A stretch of DNA of 64,000 nucleotides from positions 175,646,001 through 175,710,000 of the forward strand of contig OZ024740.1 in NCBI GenBank assembly GCA_964016885.1, written 5' to 3'. The DNA comes from Eledone cirrhosa. Lineage: Eukaryota. The translations under genes and the position numbers were made by a program. Shown here one piece after another: positions 26,843 through 40,309 of the stretch (positions are counted from its first letter, which is position 1; each line of letters opens with the position of its first letter). The notes under the pieces are model-generated. The model searched no databases. It was not told the origin of the DNA and saw only the letters and a program-made list of their open reading frames with translations.

Positions 26843-27555
26843 ATAATAATTCTTTCTACTTTAGGCACAAGGCCAGCAATTTGGAGGTCAGGGAAAGTTG
26901 ATTAAATCGATCCCAGTACATTACTGGTGCTTTATTTATCGACCCTGCAAAGATGAAAAGCAAAGCTAACCTCGGCGGAATTTAAATTCAGAACGTAAAG
27001 AGCCATAACTCTATGCTGCAAAGCATAGTGTCTAAGACTCTACCAATACTGTCAATCCACTGCCCTTACTGCCAATGCCTTGCCGATATTCATAATAATG
27101 GTTTCTTATATAGGCACAAGGCCAGAAATTTTGGGGGGAGGGGAAAGTTGATTAAATCTACCCCAGTGCGTGACTGGTACTTTATTTTATCGACCCCGTA
27201 AGGATGAAAGGCAAAGTTAACCTCGGCGGAATTTGAACTCAGAACGTAAAGGACCATAACTCTATGCTGCAAAGCATAGTGTCTGAGACCCTACCAATGC
27301 TGCCAATCCACTGTCCTTACTGCTAATTCACCGCCTTACTACCAATCTCTTGCCGATATTCATAATAATTGTTTCTACATTTGGCACAAGGCCAGCAAAT
27401 TACCTAGTACATTACTGGTACTTTATTTTATCGAGCCCGTAAGGATGAAAGGCAAAGTTAACCTTGGCGGGATTTGAATTCAGAATGGCAAGGGCCGTAA
27501 CTCTATGCGTCAAAACATAGCGTCCGACCCTCTACCGATACTGCCAATCCACCGC
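26843..27555 (-). mobile_element. Three tandem tRNA-derived SINE copies (Meta-domain-like core)
   Basis: Each copy has B-box gagttcaaat (or variant), core ttgcctttcatccttacggggtcgataaaataaagtaccag and a (tat)n tail; period ~260 bp. Confidence 0.8.
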
Positions 27556-28082
27556 GCGAGAAGATAATATGTCAAAAGACAAAGTGACGTAATATCAAAA
27601 TAATATCAAATCAATGTAACAGACGATAGCTGTCCTGTTTGTTTTAATGCTTTCGCATAATGATAGATGAGATGGCAGAGATAGGTAGATAAGACCAATG
27701 TTTATATCATAATACATTCTTCGCAACTAGATGCATTAATAACTAATGGGTAGGAATGTTACTAAGGACATTTAAAGGGTATTCAAACTATTGCGACTGA
27801 TCTCTCTTCTGTTCACGATGATACTCCATATCAAAAGAAGGCACTTGATCCCCTCTGTTACACACACAATGCTGGCTAAAATCTATAGATATACTCCATA
27901 GTACATGGCAATTGAACAAATGACCGCTCACGCTTCCTGCAATAATAAATTATTCTCATTCCCCGAGGGTCTCTTGAATGGGTGAGTGACTTGAGTTTCA
28001 GTTATATAGTTATATTAGAACATACACGCGTACACGAGAGTGGTGGATGTCTGGCAATTTGGACGATGACTGATTTAGTAAA

Positions 28083-28350
28083 TTCGATCAACGGAACAAG
28101 CTGCTAGTGAAATTAAGGTGCAAGTAGTTAAGCATTCTACCGACACATGCAACCGTAACCTAAATTACCGGGGTGTTTCAAGGTGACACTCTGCGACAAC
28201 GTCGGCATTCTGAATAACAAATACAACTCATTTTTCCATGTTGAATGGACTGGGGCAACTTGAAATAAAGTTTCTTGTTTAATAGCACAGTATACCGCAT
28301 GGACACGAACTCCCAATGTTACGATCGTGAACCAATCATCCTAACCTTTA
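28083..28350 (-). mobile_element. Second tRNA-derived SINE family, decayed
   Basis: Minus-strand tRNA-like head ggttaggatg...gagttcgtg; the body resembles 63640-63745. Confidence 0.55.
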
Positions 28351-29069
28351 AACCTCACCCTTTTACCCCACACACAGGCACACGAAACAAACACGCATAT
28401 GCGCATGAGCTAAGAAAGAGACGTTTAGGTATACTCGAAATAACAACCAAATGTTTCCCAAACTACAAACTACTTTCGTCTTAAAGACGAAATGAAGCAA
28501 TCGATAACAAAAGAAAAAAACATGTAGAGAATATAAATTTACCCAAAATACGAAATATAGAATAAATTGATTATGATGGTTTTATTCTACTATTATCACA
28601 AAATATATTCCTTAATTGTTGATACGTTAATTGGACCGTAAGAAGTCTGATCAACAAATAAGTTTATTTATAATATGAAATGGCTTCAATATCGGCGTGA
28701 AGAATGCTATAAGTAAAAACGGGGAAATGGTATAAAAGACAGAAATGAAACCAGCATTCTACAGAAACAATGTATGTATATATGTATATATATATATGGC
28801 AAAGAATGAAACGAAATTTCATTTCTCACTCTTAGTACGGCTGATACTTAAATATAAGTATGTATACGTACATACATATATGTATACAGACGTACAGTAG
28901 TATGTATATATATACATACATGCACACACACATATATATATATATGTACGTATGGGTTTACAGAAAATTTATTATAATGCTCGGTTTGTTTGTAAACAAA
29001 CAGCCCGAGTTACGCCGTACAGTGTTCGGCAACTATCGTCGCCCTTTTGTTCAACACTGACACAGGAAC

Positions 29070-29107
29070 ATGTACTAGTTTCAAGCTTATTAGCTATCGT
29101 CAGCATC
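29070..29107 (-). ncRNA. Minimal type I hammerhead (inverted copy)
   Basis: gatg-CTGACGA-tagctaataagctt-GAAA-cta-GTA-cat on the minus strand. Confidence 0.85.
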
Positions 29108-29196
29108 GTATAACTTCCTGTCAGATGATTGAACGTTTGAAAGTATATACTTTCCTTATGGATATTAACGTTCAATCATCAGACAGGAAGGAATAC

Positions 29197-29235
29197 GATG
29201 CTGACGATAGCCAATAAGCTTGAAACTAGTACATC
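29197..29235 (+). ncRNA. Minimal type I hammerhead
   Basis: gatg-CTGACGA-tagccaataagctt-GAAA-cta-GTA-catc. Confidence 0.85.
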
Positions 29236-29537
29236 ATTCCTGTGTCAGTGTTGAACATAAAGGCGACGATGGTTGCTGAACACTGTACGGCGTAACTCGA
29301 GATGTTTGTTTACAAACAAACCGAGCATTATAATAAATGTTCGGTAAACCCATACGTACATATATATATGTGTGCATGTATATATATACATACTACTGTA
29401 CGTCTGTATACATGTATGTATATACGTATACATACTTACATTTAAGTATCAGCCGTACTAAGAGTGAGAAATGAAATTTCGTTTCATTCTTTTCCATTTA
29501 TCGTTTTCGGTACGCCCGGCCGACTAACTCACTCGAT

Positions 29538-29584
29538 ATGCAAATTAGGCTGCTCAGCCATTAATATGCATAAGGAAATATATA
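29538..29584 (+). promoter_or_regulatory. Octamer (ATGCAAAT) + TATA module upstream of the HHR
   Basis: ATGCAAAT at 29538 and TATATA at 29579. The same spacing occurs at 2971/3014 and, on the minus strand, 32598/32555. Confidence 0.55.
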
Positions 29585-29619
29585 CTTTCAAACGTTCAAT
29601 CATCTGACAGGTAGGTATA

Positions 29620-29660
29620 CGATGCTGACGATAGCTAATAAGCTTGAAACTAGTACATCG
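29620..29660 (+). ncRNA. Minimal type I hammerhead
   Basis: cgatg-CTGACGA-tagctaataagctt-GAAA-cta-GTA-catcg; stem III is the palindrome ACTAGT. Confidence 0.9.
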
Positions 29661-29870
29661 TTCCTGTGTCGGTGTTGAACAAAAAGGCGACGATGGTTGC
29701 CGAACACACTGTACGGCGTAATTCGGGTTATTTGTTTACAAACAAACCGAGCATTATAATAAATGTTCGGTAAAGCGATACGTACATATATATATATATG
29801 TGTGCATGTATGTATATATATACATACAACTGTACGTCTGTATACATATATGTATGTACGTATACATACT

Positions 29871-29925
<55 letters not shown>

Positions 29926-30032
29926 TATTTTCCGTTGTATTGTAATATAAATATTACACACAGTAGATTGACAGCTCACGTAGAGTTTGCTCGACGGTTC
30001 CAGTTGTAGTTCCAAAAGTACTCCGGAGAAAA

Positions 30033-30213
30033 ATAGAAAGATTTGAATGGATACAGTTTAGTTGAAAGGAATTTATTGACACGTGTTTCTATAACAGTTA
30101 CATAACCTGAAAACAGCTGCTGTAGATAGCAGCTGTTTTCAGGTTATGTAACTGTTATAGAAACACGTGTCAATAAATTCCTTTCAACTAAACTGTATCC
30201 ATTCAAATCTTTC

Positions 30214-30216
<3 letters not shown>
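30033..30216. repeat. Perfect fold-back palindrome (~89 bp arms, 6-nt loop)
   Basis: Arms carry the HHR 3' half GAAA-cacgt-GTC-aataaa; the right end abuts (TA)n. Confidence 0.9.
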
Positions 30217-30250
<34 letters not shown>

Positions 30251-31560
30251 ATGTATGTATGTATGTATGTATGTATGTATGTATGTATGTATGTATGTAT
30301 GTATGTATGTATGTATGTATGTATGTATGTATGTATGTATGTATGTATGTATGTATGTATATAGGTAGATAGGTTGGTACGTATGTAAGTGTGTAAATAG
30401 GTAGGTAGACAGGCAGGTATTTATGTGGGTAATACTATGACAATTTCGCGCATGTTTCGGGCATAGATTTCCTCAGTGAAGCGTAGTCTACATTTTACTG
30501 TAGAACCTTCACATTGCTGTTACACTAAAATATTGTCTTTCTTTTATCAAGAATTATTCGCTACAAAATCCAAGATAAACTGCAATGAGGTTTGTTAGAT
30601 CTGAAAAGCCTTTAGTCATAGCTTTGTTCGAGCAGAGCTTATCTGGAATAACAACAACTCCAACAAGAACAAAACTGCACACATGTCGTTACTGTTATTG
30701 TATAACCCAGCTCAACTCCGATCGAACAGTTGCACGCAAGATGTAAGTTGAAAAACAAGCACGAATCACAAATCTATTTTAACACTTTACTCATGCAAAC
30801 GCATCTAACTGTAGGTTTGTATGTGTATCTGTTTATTTACCAAGCAAGAGAGAGAGAAGGTGTTAGAAAGCAATAGGGTGTGTATGATAGAAGCATGCCT
30901 TTGCATTTCGTGTGATGTTGATTTGTTACGTTGGGTAGCGTTTATTAATCCCAGATTCTCCTGCAATAATTTTGAAATAAACATGCAATGTATATTCAAT
31001 TCCATAACATTGTTATCGTCATTTCGAAAAATTTGTTTTAAATTATTTTCTCATATAATCGCTATTTTCATCTATCTCTCGATCTATCTACTTATCTGCA
31101 TATATATATATAAATACATGCCGACTATATATGCTCACTCCACTTTTCCCTCACTGCTCTGTATACACACATAACATACACAACCTTATATTAACATACT
31201 TTATCTCATAGCTTCGTACTTACATGCACACACACTCTTTTACTCACATATACACAAATATTTCTTCTTAGCTTCCTACGGACGTATAATAATAATACAC
31301 ACACACATTCACACACACTCAAACACACAAACACATGATTACGCATATGTACAAATATAGCTCTTTTTACAAAATTTTTTTTTCATTTCAGGTAGACGCG
31401 CTCCATCATCCACTTTTCTAAAAACAAATCATACACAAAACGCCAGCATCAACAGTTTTGCAAGAGATGTCAACATGAATGGACCTGCTATTTTTATCTA
31501 AAGACATTTTTTCCAATTCCCTCCCGCCCGGCCCCTCACTCTATCTTACTTCTCCTTCTT

Positions 31561-31625
31561 TCTTCTGATGAAGGACTAGCGTCCGAAACGTTAAGAGCCT
31601 CCTCCTGCTATATCAAGCGTTATCC
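31561..31625 (+). ncRNA. Minimal hammerhead ribozyme module (copy 2)
   Basis: tctt-CTGATGA-aggactagcgtcc-GAAA-c-GTT-aaga, then (TA)n. Confidence 0.8.
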
Positions 31626-31652
31626 TAATATATATATATATATATACACACA

Positions 31653-31718
<66 letters not shown>

Positions 31719-31874
31719 TAAAAAAGTAAAAAAACAAAAACAATTAGAAAGTGTGCAGTACGAATAGTCTTAGTATTAGGTTCACGCTTGACAGTGGGGA
31801 TGGATAGTCCCGTTTCTCGCTCTATTTTTTCATTCACACGCAACAACGCAGCACCCATTTTTTCATTCATATAT

Positions 31875-32340
31875 ATTTTCCCCCCTCGCTGTGGTTCGTC
31901 TTTTTCCATCACCTTACTGCAATCCTCTTTCTCTCTCCTTGTACCTCTTGCTTTCATTCACTCCCTCTGCTGGTCACACTCTCTTCTCGGCTGGCCTCTT
32001 CCTCACACTTTCACTCACTCACTCTCTGCTGCTCCCCCTCTCTCACTTCCTCCCGTCTGACCTGTGTGAAATCTTTTTCTTGCTCACATTTCGCAGGGTT
32101 CGGACGCGTCTGCCGTCTTCTCGTCGTTGATGTGGTCGAACTTAAGTTCACATGTATCATTGACTTGTCTCTCATTTCCTCTCTTTACGTTGCATTACTA
32201 CTTTTGTTTGTTTACTGTCCCACTTTCTCCATCCAATTCGCTCTGTCCCAATAACTTATTTTAGTTATTGCTCGCACTGATTTTGAGGTATCTGGTCTTT
32301 AATGCGAAGAAATATCGATGATAGTCAGAAGATGATAGTC
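31875..32340 (+). repeat. Pyrimidine-rich dispersed repeat (same family as 960-1900)
   Basis: Colinear similarity to 1425-1750 and to the reverse complement of 960-1410. Confidence 0.6.
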
Positions 32341-32464
32341 ACTGATGTATAAATATTTCGTATCTCCAAAGAAATACGATTTTAGGAAGCCGTAGCTATG
32401 CAAACCAAACACCGAGGGGCTAACGCCTTCTGGTGATGTCCAGCAGAAGAAAGGGGGGACAACT

Positions 32465-32502
32465 GTCTATGCATTTCAGGCTTAACTGGCCTTCGTCAGG
32501 AC
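32465..32502 (-). ncRNA. Minimal type I hammerhead preceded by octamer + TATA
   Basis: gtc-CTGACGA-aggccagttaagcct-GAAA-tgca-TA-gac on the minus strand; ATGCAAATGAG at 32598-32588. Confidence 0.8.
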
Positions 32503-32725
32503 GGTCCCTCCCACCGCTTGCGACTGCTGGACTAGAAGAAAGGCGAGAATATATACTTTTCTCGTCTGTGTAAATGAGGTGATTAATCTCATTTGCATAT
32601 GAAACTGCATAAGTTGGCTCAACTTATAATAAAAAAGAGATAGGATTTCGCTTCAAGCATAGCTTTATACAATATGTGTAAGGATAAATATATATCAAAT
32701 ATATAAGAACTATAGAGCAAATATT

Positions 32726-32829
32726 TATTAAAATAACAGATTAAAGTTTAAGCAAAGAATCTCTGCTTTCATCCTTAACGGAATCTAAGGGTGAAAGCAG
32801 CGATTCTTTGCTTAAACTTTAATCTGTTA

Positions 32830-32837
<8 letters not shown>
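32726..32837. repeat. Fold-back palindrome (~52 bp arms); a single-arm relative lies at 48841-48910
   Basis: tattaaaataacagattaaagtttaagcaaagaatc...gattctttgcttaaactttaatctgttattttaata. Confidence 0.85.
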
Positions 32838-32909
<72 letters not shown>

Positions 32910-32938
32910 ATATATATATATAATATATATAATATATA

Positions 32939-32992
<54 letters not shown>

Positions 32993-33049
32993 TTAAGGAT
33001 ACTATTTATGGTTATGTATATAATAAAACCTTCTATGGTTATATATATT

Positions 33050-35393
33050 TAAACTCTAAACAGTGTGATAAAAACAAATCTAGCAAGGCTAATAATACTA
33101 ACAAATTTGACTCCTTCGGCTTTAAAACCTTTAGAAGCCCCCCTCATAACACACTACTAAACTCCTTTGAAAATGACCTAATAAAACTAGTTAAGAATAT
33201 TAAATACAAAAAGCACCGTAATAAAAACAACACCTTCTTAAACAAACTTAGCACCTCTATTAATGATTTCAAAACTAGTAATAAAATTATTGTACATGCG
33301 GACAAAACTAATAACATATACAGCCTAGATTATAATACTTATAGAAAGTTTATATATAATGAACTACATAAAATCTATAAGTAAACCACTATGAAAAACT
33401 TAGAAGATATTAATATGGAAGGCTATAATATAGTGTCCAAACTAGGACTCCAGAGACATACACAACCATATACCCTAACCCCCCTAGATTCTCTCTGAAG
33501 GACCATAAGGAGGACTTCATTAGCAGCCCCTCGATTAGACTCATCTGCCCTTCCAGGTCTGACATTGGCATTATCAGTAAGAAAATTTTAGATAAAATCC
33601 TCCCACAGATTAAACACAAGATATACCTTAAACAATGGGGAAATACGGGTGAAGTGATTGAATGGTTCAAAGATATCAAGAATAACAGGGATAAAAAATT
33701 TATTCAATTTGATATCAATTCTTACTACACCTCTATTTCCCCTATCCTATTAAATAAGGCACTTATCATGGCCATGGACAATAGTGACTTGACTAGACCC
33801 CAGATTGATGTCATACTTGCGGCCCGTAAAACACGAATCACCTTTGAAGACCAATTATGGACCCGCAAAGATACGCAAAACAACTTCAACATAACTATGG
33901 GGTCTAGTGACTCGGCGCAGGTCACTGATTTAGTCGGCCTATATTTACTTAACGAAATCCATAAGGACCTTCCATACCTCAACGGTGGTTTGTACCGCGA
34001 TGATGCACTTCTACTTATAGATTATAAAAAATTCAATATAGAAAGAACTAGAAAACTATTGCACAAGACATTCAAAAACTATAACCTTAGTATTACCATG
34101 GACAAAAACACTAAAAACGTCAACTTCCTGGACGCCACCCTCTACCTAGACTCTATGATATATACACCTTTCCACAAACCTAATGAAAAACTCATTTACG
34201 TAGATACCATGTTTAACCACCCTAGATCTATATTAAACTCTATCTCTAAGGGAGTATCTAATAGAATCTCTAATCTATCCTATGACGTAAACATATTTAA
34301 CAAAAACTCCCAATATTATAATCAAGCATTAGCTAGATCAGGCCATAACATAGAGATCGAGTTCCTACCTACAAAAACACATAGCTACAACATTATTTCG
34401 CACAACATGTCCATGATGAAATCTAGTAATAGGAATAGCAACCACACACACACTAATACGGAGGATGCCAACAAAGGTAACCCACACCACAGAAATTACC
34501 ATAGTACCATAAAAGGCAACAACTCACCAGACATAAAAAACAAAAATAGAAGAAGAAATAATACATTTTTCAACCCTCCTTTCAATCTAAACGTGTCTAC
34601 CAACCTACCTAGGGCTTTCTTCTCACTACTAGATAAAAACTTTCCATCCGGCCACAAGTACCATAGCCTTTTAAACAAAAACACTATTAAAATCTCCTAC
34701 TCTACTACGCCTAACATAGCATACCACATAGCTAGTAGCAATAAAAGAAAAATTAATTCTTACTTGCAACAAACTAAATCACAGCAGACGATAAACCTTC
34801 AAAATAACATTATAGCAACTAACCCTAATATCAATAGAAATAATAGTAATAGAACTAGTGTAAACAATAACGCTGGGAACGACAACCCACATAACCATAA
34901 CCCTATAGCTACCATCCAGACTTCTACACAACATAATAACCGGTAGACTAACACCCAGAATAATTGTAATTGTAGATCAAATAGAACCTGCCCTTTAGAT
35001 AAAAAATGCTTAATCAAGGATATCATATACTCATGCACAGTCACAACTACCAACTCTTCTGAAACCTATATAGGCTCTACTTCTAACTGCTTCAAAACTA
35101 GATACAATTCGCACCTCCACTCTTTCAAAAAACACAATCTAGCCAACTCCACTTCACTATCTAGCTACATACACTATCTAAAAACTAAAAATAAACCATA
35201 TACACTTAAATGGGGAGTGATAGGTAATGCGACATCGTACAAACCACCTAATAAATTTTGTAACCTCTGTCTACTAGAGACCCATACTATCATCTTCTCT
35301 AACCATAACCTCCTTAATAAAAAATCAGATGTGTTCGCGTCTTGCCAACACCGCTTCCGACACTCTTTCCAAAACTTTAAACCCAAAATATAA
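33050..35393 (+). pseudogene. Naiad-type PLE RT + GIY-YIG, 5'-truncated, disrupted
   Basis: FGFKTFRSPP, HADKTNN, KDHK, QFDINSYY, TMGSSDSA, YRDD, FFNPPF, then an in-frame TAG at 34944, then CNCRSNRTCPLDKKC, IIY...YIG, CNLC and CQH. Also a TAA at ~33382 and a frameshift before 33654. Confidence 0.92.
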
Positions 35394-36867
35394 CAATGTC
35401 AGACTTGAACCCGACACCACCTCTAGCAACTAGCATCAGGGGCACACCTTACACCTCATCTCCACACCCATTAGTCCACTTTAACCCTAATAGTACCTTT
35501 ACCCTAGAGATATCCCCATGTACTTATACTTTTGGTATATTGAATTACTTGGACTACATTACACTAATATATAATTAATGTAAACTGTAGGCACTGAATT
35601 GGTTGTGCTAACATTGTCCTGTGCATGGAGTGCCACCATAAGATAGATAGAAGATTAAGTATTGAATTTATTAAAAGGGCTATATATTCTATATGCTGAG
35701 TACAATGAATTATATACAGGTGATATATGAGTTATGAGTATATGTATGGCTTGATGGCCAGATTAGTGTCTTTATATGAGAGAATTGATCTCTGGACCAC
35801 CCTGGTGATATTTAACTTTGCCATGCATTCAGACATACAATGACTCAGAGCTTACCGGGAGTCATATATAGTAATAAGACCCTGCCAGGTTCTGCGGGTG
35901 GACTACACTTACAAAGATCATTGATTTGGAGGTCTGACTCTTCTTGTAGAATGTTCGGTTGTGGCACTCCATGATAGAAGGTAATCATACTGATATGAAC
36001 ACCTTTAGTACTTCTTAATAGACTACACTGTAATTTATAGATAAGATACTTAAATTTAGAAATTGTTTATAACGTTATATGATAGGGACTCATTTGAAAC
36101 ACCATTAATGTACTTTAGGATAATAAATTTAACTATGATAATCAGCTAGTTACCTCCCCTTACGCATTAACTCCCCTTACACATTAACTCCCCTTAGTCA
36201 CACACACTTCCGGAATATAATACAATGTCATCTCTCACAACAAAAACATCCTGATCTATGAATCAAATTAAGAAACGACAAGATATGATTTATATCATGA
36301 TTCAACAGACACCCAATGTTGTATCATTGGGGATTGAGTGATGGACATGTAAACTATAAATTGCGTTTCCTGGATTATGTGAATGGTGGTGGGTGCGAGG
36401 ACAGTGCTGCTGTTTTGCTTCTCATTTGTAATATTTTTGATATTTTTGGTGTTTCTCTACAAACGGGCTTATATATCGTACAGGTGTGTGTGGAAAATGC
36501 TTTAACAATACAGCCCCCATGATGCTATTGATTGCCTGCTTTTACTGGTTGTTTTTACATGTAACAATCTGCCGCACTATAATCCTGTATAAATAAGACA
36601 CGCGTGCATGCCACACGTGAGACTGTTTCATACACTGAATACTCTAAACTTTCCTCTTGCTTTATCTTCATAAACTGCCAATGTTTTATTTTTATTTTTA
36701 TTTTAACTTTAATTTTGTCCTTTAATATGAATGTAACCTTTGTATGTAAATTGCCATGCTATATCATTATGATGGATGTCAACCCACTGTGGGTCAATAT
36801 ATACATATGTTTTTGCATGTCTCTTGTGTTGATAAGGAGGTCAAGTATGTGAAAAATCACTAAATAG

Positions 36868-36916
36868 TTGCTCCGAAGAATCCAAACCGAGGTTTGGAGG
36901 AAACAATTGTAAGCAA
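36868..36916 (+). ncRNA. Hammerhead probably ending the 33-37 kb PLE, one core mutation
   Basis: ttgct-CCGAAGA-atccaaaccgaggtttggag-GAAA-caatt-GTA-agcaa; CTG is changed to CCG. Confidence 0.75.
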
Positions 36917-36952
36917 ATAAATGATTTAAACTGAACTTTGATTCATGTAATT

Positions 36953-37043
<91 letters not shown>

Positions 37044-37101
37044 TATCTTTCTTTCTTTATTTATTTATCTTTCTTTCTTTATTTCTGTCTCTTTCTCCCT
37101 C

Positions 37102-37166
<65 letters not shown>

Positions 37167-37168
<2 letters not shown>

Positions 37169-37347
37169 GAGATTCTACAAGACTAGAACTGTTTCATTCT
37201 TTAGAAATCATCAGGAATCTCTGATAATTTCTAAAGAATGAAACAGTTCTAGTCCTGTAGAATCTCATCTATATTAAAACTTTTATACTCTGCAATGTAT
37301 TGAGTACCTTACTTACTGTGGTTACCTCCGACTCAACCCGGAATAAC

Positions 37348-37348
<1 letters not shown>
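37167..37348. repeat. Fold-back palindrome (37167-37268) on an HHR-bearing 3' end
   Basis: Arms contain CTGAT(G/A)A-tttctaaagaat-GAAA-cagttcta-GTC; the tail matches 61040-61152. Confidence 0.85.
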
Positions 37349-38100
<752 letters not shown>

Positions 38101-38172
38101 AGAGAGGGAAATAAAGAAAGATAGACAAATAAATATCTATTTTCTCACTTTTTCTTAAATCTGTATACCTCT

Positions 38173-38208
<36 letters not shown>

Positions 38209-38869
38209 CCTCTCTCTCTCTCTCTCTCTCTCACTCTCTCTTTCTTTCTTTCTTTTACTTCTGTCTCTTCTTTTCTATCCAACACTATATATTTGTGTAT
38301 ATCTCGTTAACGCTGTCATTTTTTGGTTAATGACGTAATTTTCATTAATTTCATTAGTGATACCCGTACTAATTACCAGCAGACAATTTCTAACTCGTAA
38401 TCTGTTGTGTCTAATTACCGTAATTAGGTGGTTTTCACTTGTATTTGCTGCAATTAATTTAAGGCTACATGAATATCAGTGCTGTTGTTTGTTATTTTTA
38501 TATTATTTATTATGTACTTGGCAGTTTTATTTATTATTCTATTTATATATCTGTTTATTTTTCATTATATATATCGTGTCGAATAGATTGTTCATTTACT
38601 GTAAGATCTCCCGTGATTTGTTTATATTTATTATAGGGTCACGCCGGGAAGAAGATATCTATTATTTAGTCCATAGTCGATAGATTACCGTATATTTTGA
38701 CGCATAGATCACAATGTTTAACCCAAAATGGTCTGTGTATAAATATAATTATATATGGAAGAATGTTTAGAAAGCATCGAGTGAAGTTTGGAAATTGAAA
38801 TAGAAAAGTAGTAGGCTTTGCTGTAACATTTCGACTAAATGAAATAATGAGCAGAAAATGAAATAATGA

Positions 38870-39650
38870 ACAGAAAGAAATGGGTATCGAGTCTAGAAGT
38901 TTAATGTCTCTCGATCAGTCTTTTTCCATGTTTCCATTCTCCTATAAACCAATTTTCAATTTTACTTAGATCTTGCCTTAATCGCCTTATGTCATTTTCA
39001 ATGCGGCGTTTCATCCATGATTATTTTGCTTTACTCTGCTTTATTTTCGTTAGTTGTAACTTTTCCCGAACAATTAGCTCAATAGCTCCGATAAGGTTCT
39101 TTGTTTAGGTTATGTCCTCTATCTGGATATGTTGTATGGCAACATTTATCATTTTGTAATTTCATTTACCATACTCTTGTCTACACTTCTCATGTTCATC
39201 GGGGTTTTCTCTTCAGGGACATTCATCAAATCCATAAGCTGTCTTTGTAATGCAAGCAATTCATTATTCAATTTGATCCCTCCTCTTGTATAACTACCCT
39301 CAGAAGTGTCAGGGTTCAATCTGTAACCTTCCTCTTCAGCAGTCCTAATAGTGTCATTATAATTTCCCTGTTCCTGTTGTCTATTCTTCTCTTTGACTTC
39401 AACTGTAGACATGGTTTCAGCTTCTACTTTAACCAAAGTTTATTACTCATCTGCAGGTTCTCTTAAACGTTCATTAATTCGTGATTATTCCACTTCTGAT
39501 AAACAACTCTTCCCCCTAATCACCCTCACCTGATTCATTAGTTTACTTTCTGAGATCGAAAACAAGTCCTTTTCTATTCAAAAGTCAAAAGTACGTCGCT
39601 CTACTCCATGGCTTCTATCAAGTTTTGCTCTTTCGTGACATTCAATGAGT
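38870..39650 (-). mobile_element. R4/Dong-like non-LTR ORF N-terminal fragment, decayed
   Basis: FSISESKLMNQVRVIRGKSCLSEVE and KRRIENDIRRLRQDLSKIE resemble the pre-RT region of R4/Dong proteins. Confidence 0.65.
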
Positions 39651-39984
39651 GCAGCATACTTTTCATTCGTCCACTTGTGTCTAGTAGCGCGCACACTTTT
39701 GTGTGATCTGTTGTTTGGTAAGAATCGGTCGGGGCCAAATCACTTCTCCTCTTAAGGAGGGCTTCAAATAGGCTGGGCGAGAGATCTTCACCGTAACTGG
39801 TTGCAGCTTCATCCACGGCGTTAATTATTTCAGTATATGTTTGTATCATGATTCCGTGAGTGTTGTCTCTGGTCTTTTCCTTCCCTCAAGTATTTACATA
39901 GAAATACCATTTGATGCTTTACCAGGCTAAATAGAGTCAAAACGGGTATAAAACCTGTAAAGAGTGACCTATCTTTCGGAGCTA

Positions 39985-40203
39985 ACGTAGCAGTATCAGT
40001 AGAGCGTCGGGCACAATGTTTCGTAGCATAGAGATACGGGTCTTTACGTTCTGATTTCAAATCGCGCCGAGGTTAGCTTTGCCTTTCATCCTTACGGGGT
40101 CTATAAAATAAAGTACCATCTGGGGTCGATTTAATCGACTTTCCCTTCCCACAAAATTGCTAGCCCTGTGTCTAAATCATAAACCATTGTTATTATTATT
40201 ATT
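39985..40203 (+). mobile_element. tRNA-derived SINE (Meta-domain-like)
   Basis: gccgaggttagctttgcctttcatccttacgggg core and (tta)n tail. Confidence 0.75.
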
Positions 40204-40309
40204 GCTTTTTTATATATCGGATGTCTATGTGCCGGCTTCTGTAAGATTGCTGTTGTTCACCTGTTATAGAGATCCGTTTTGCTTAATTTGTTTATATTTA
40301 TGTGTCTAT

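Larger units (their letters stand above)
28801..29875 (+). mobile_element. Retrozyme-like element: ~1.7 tandem copies of a 424-bp unit plus a 368-bp 5' inverted copy
   Basis: HHR cores at 29201 and 29625 give the 424 period. 28801-29168 is the reverse complement of the unit. No ORF. Confidence 0.92.

Noticed and set aside
26843-27555. CRISPR-like or tRNA gene array
   Set aside because: The units are ~260-bp SINEs with decayed tRNA heads; there is no repeat-spacer structure and no cloverleaf.
34944-34946. In-frame TAG between RT and endonuclease as programmed readthrough
   Set aside because: The same copy has another stop and a frameshift upstream, and I saw no matching conserved stop in the other copies. 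A CAG>TAG-type decay mutation is simpler.
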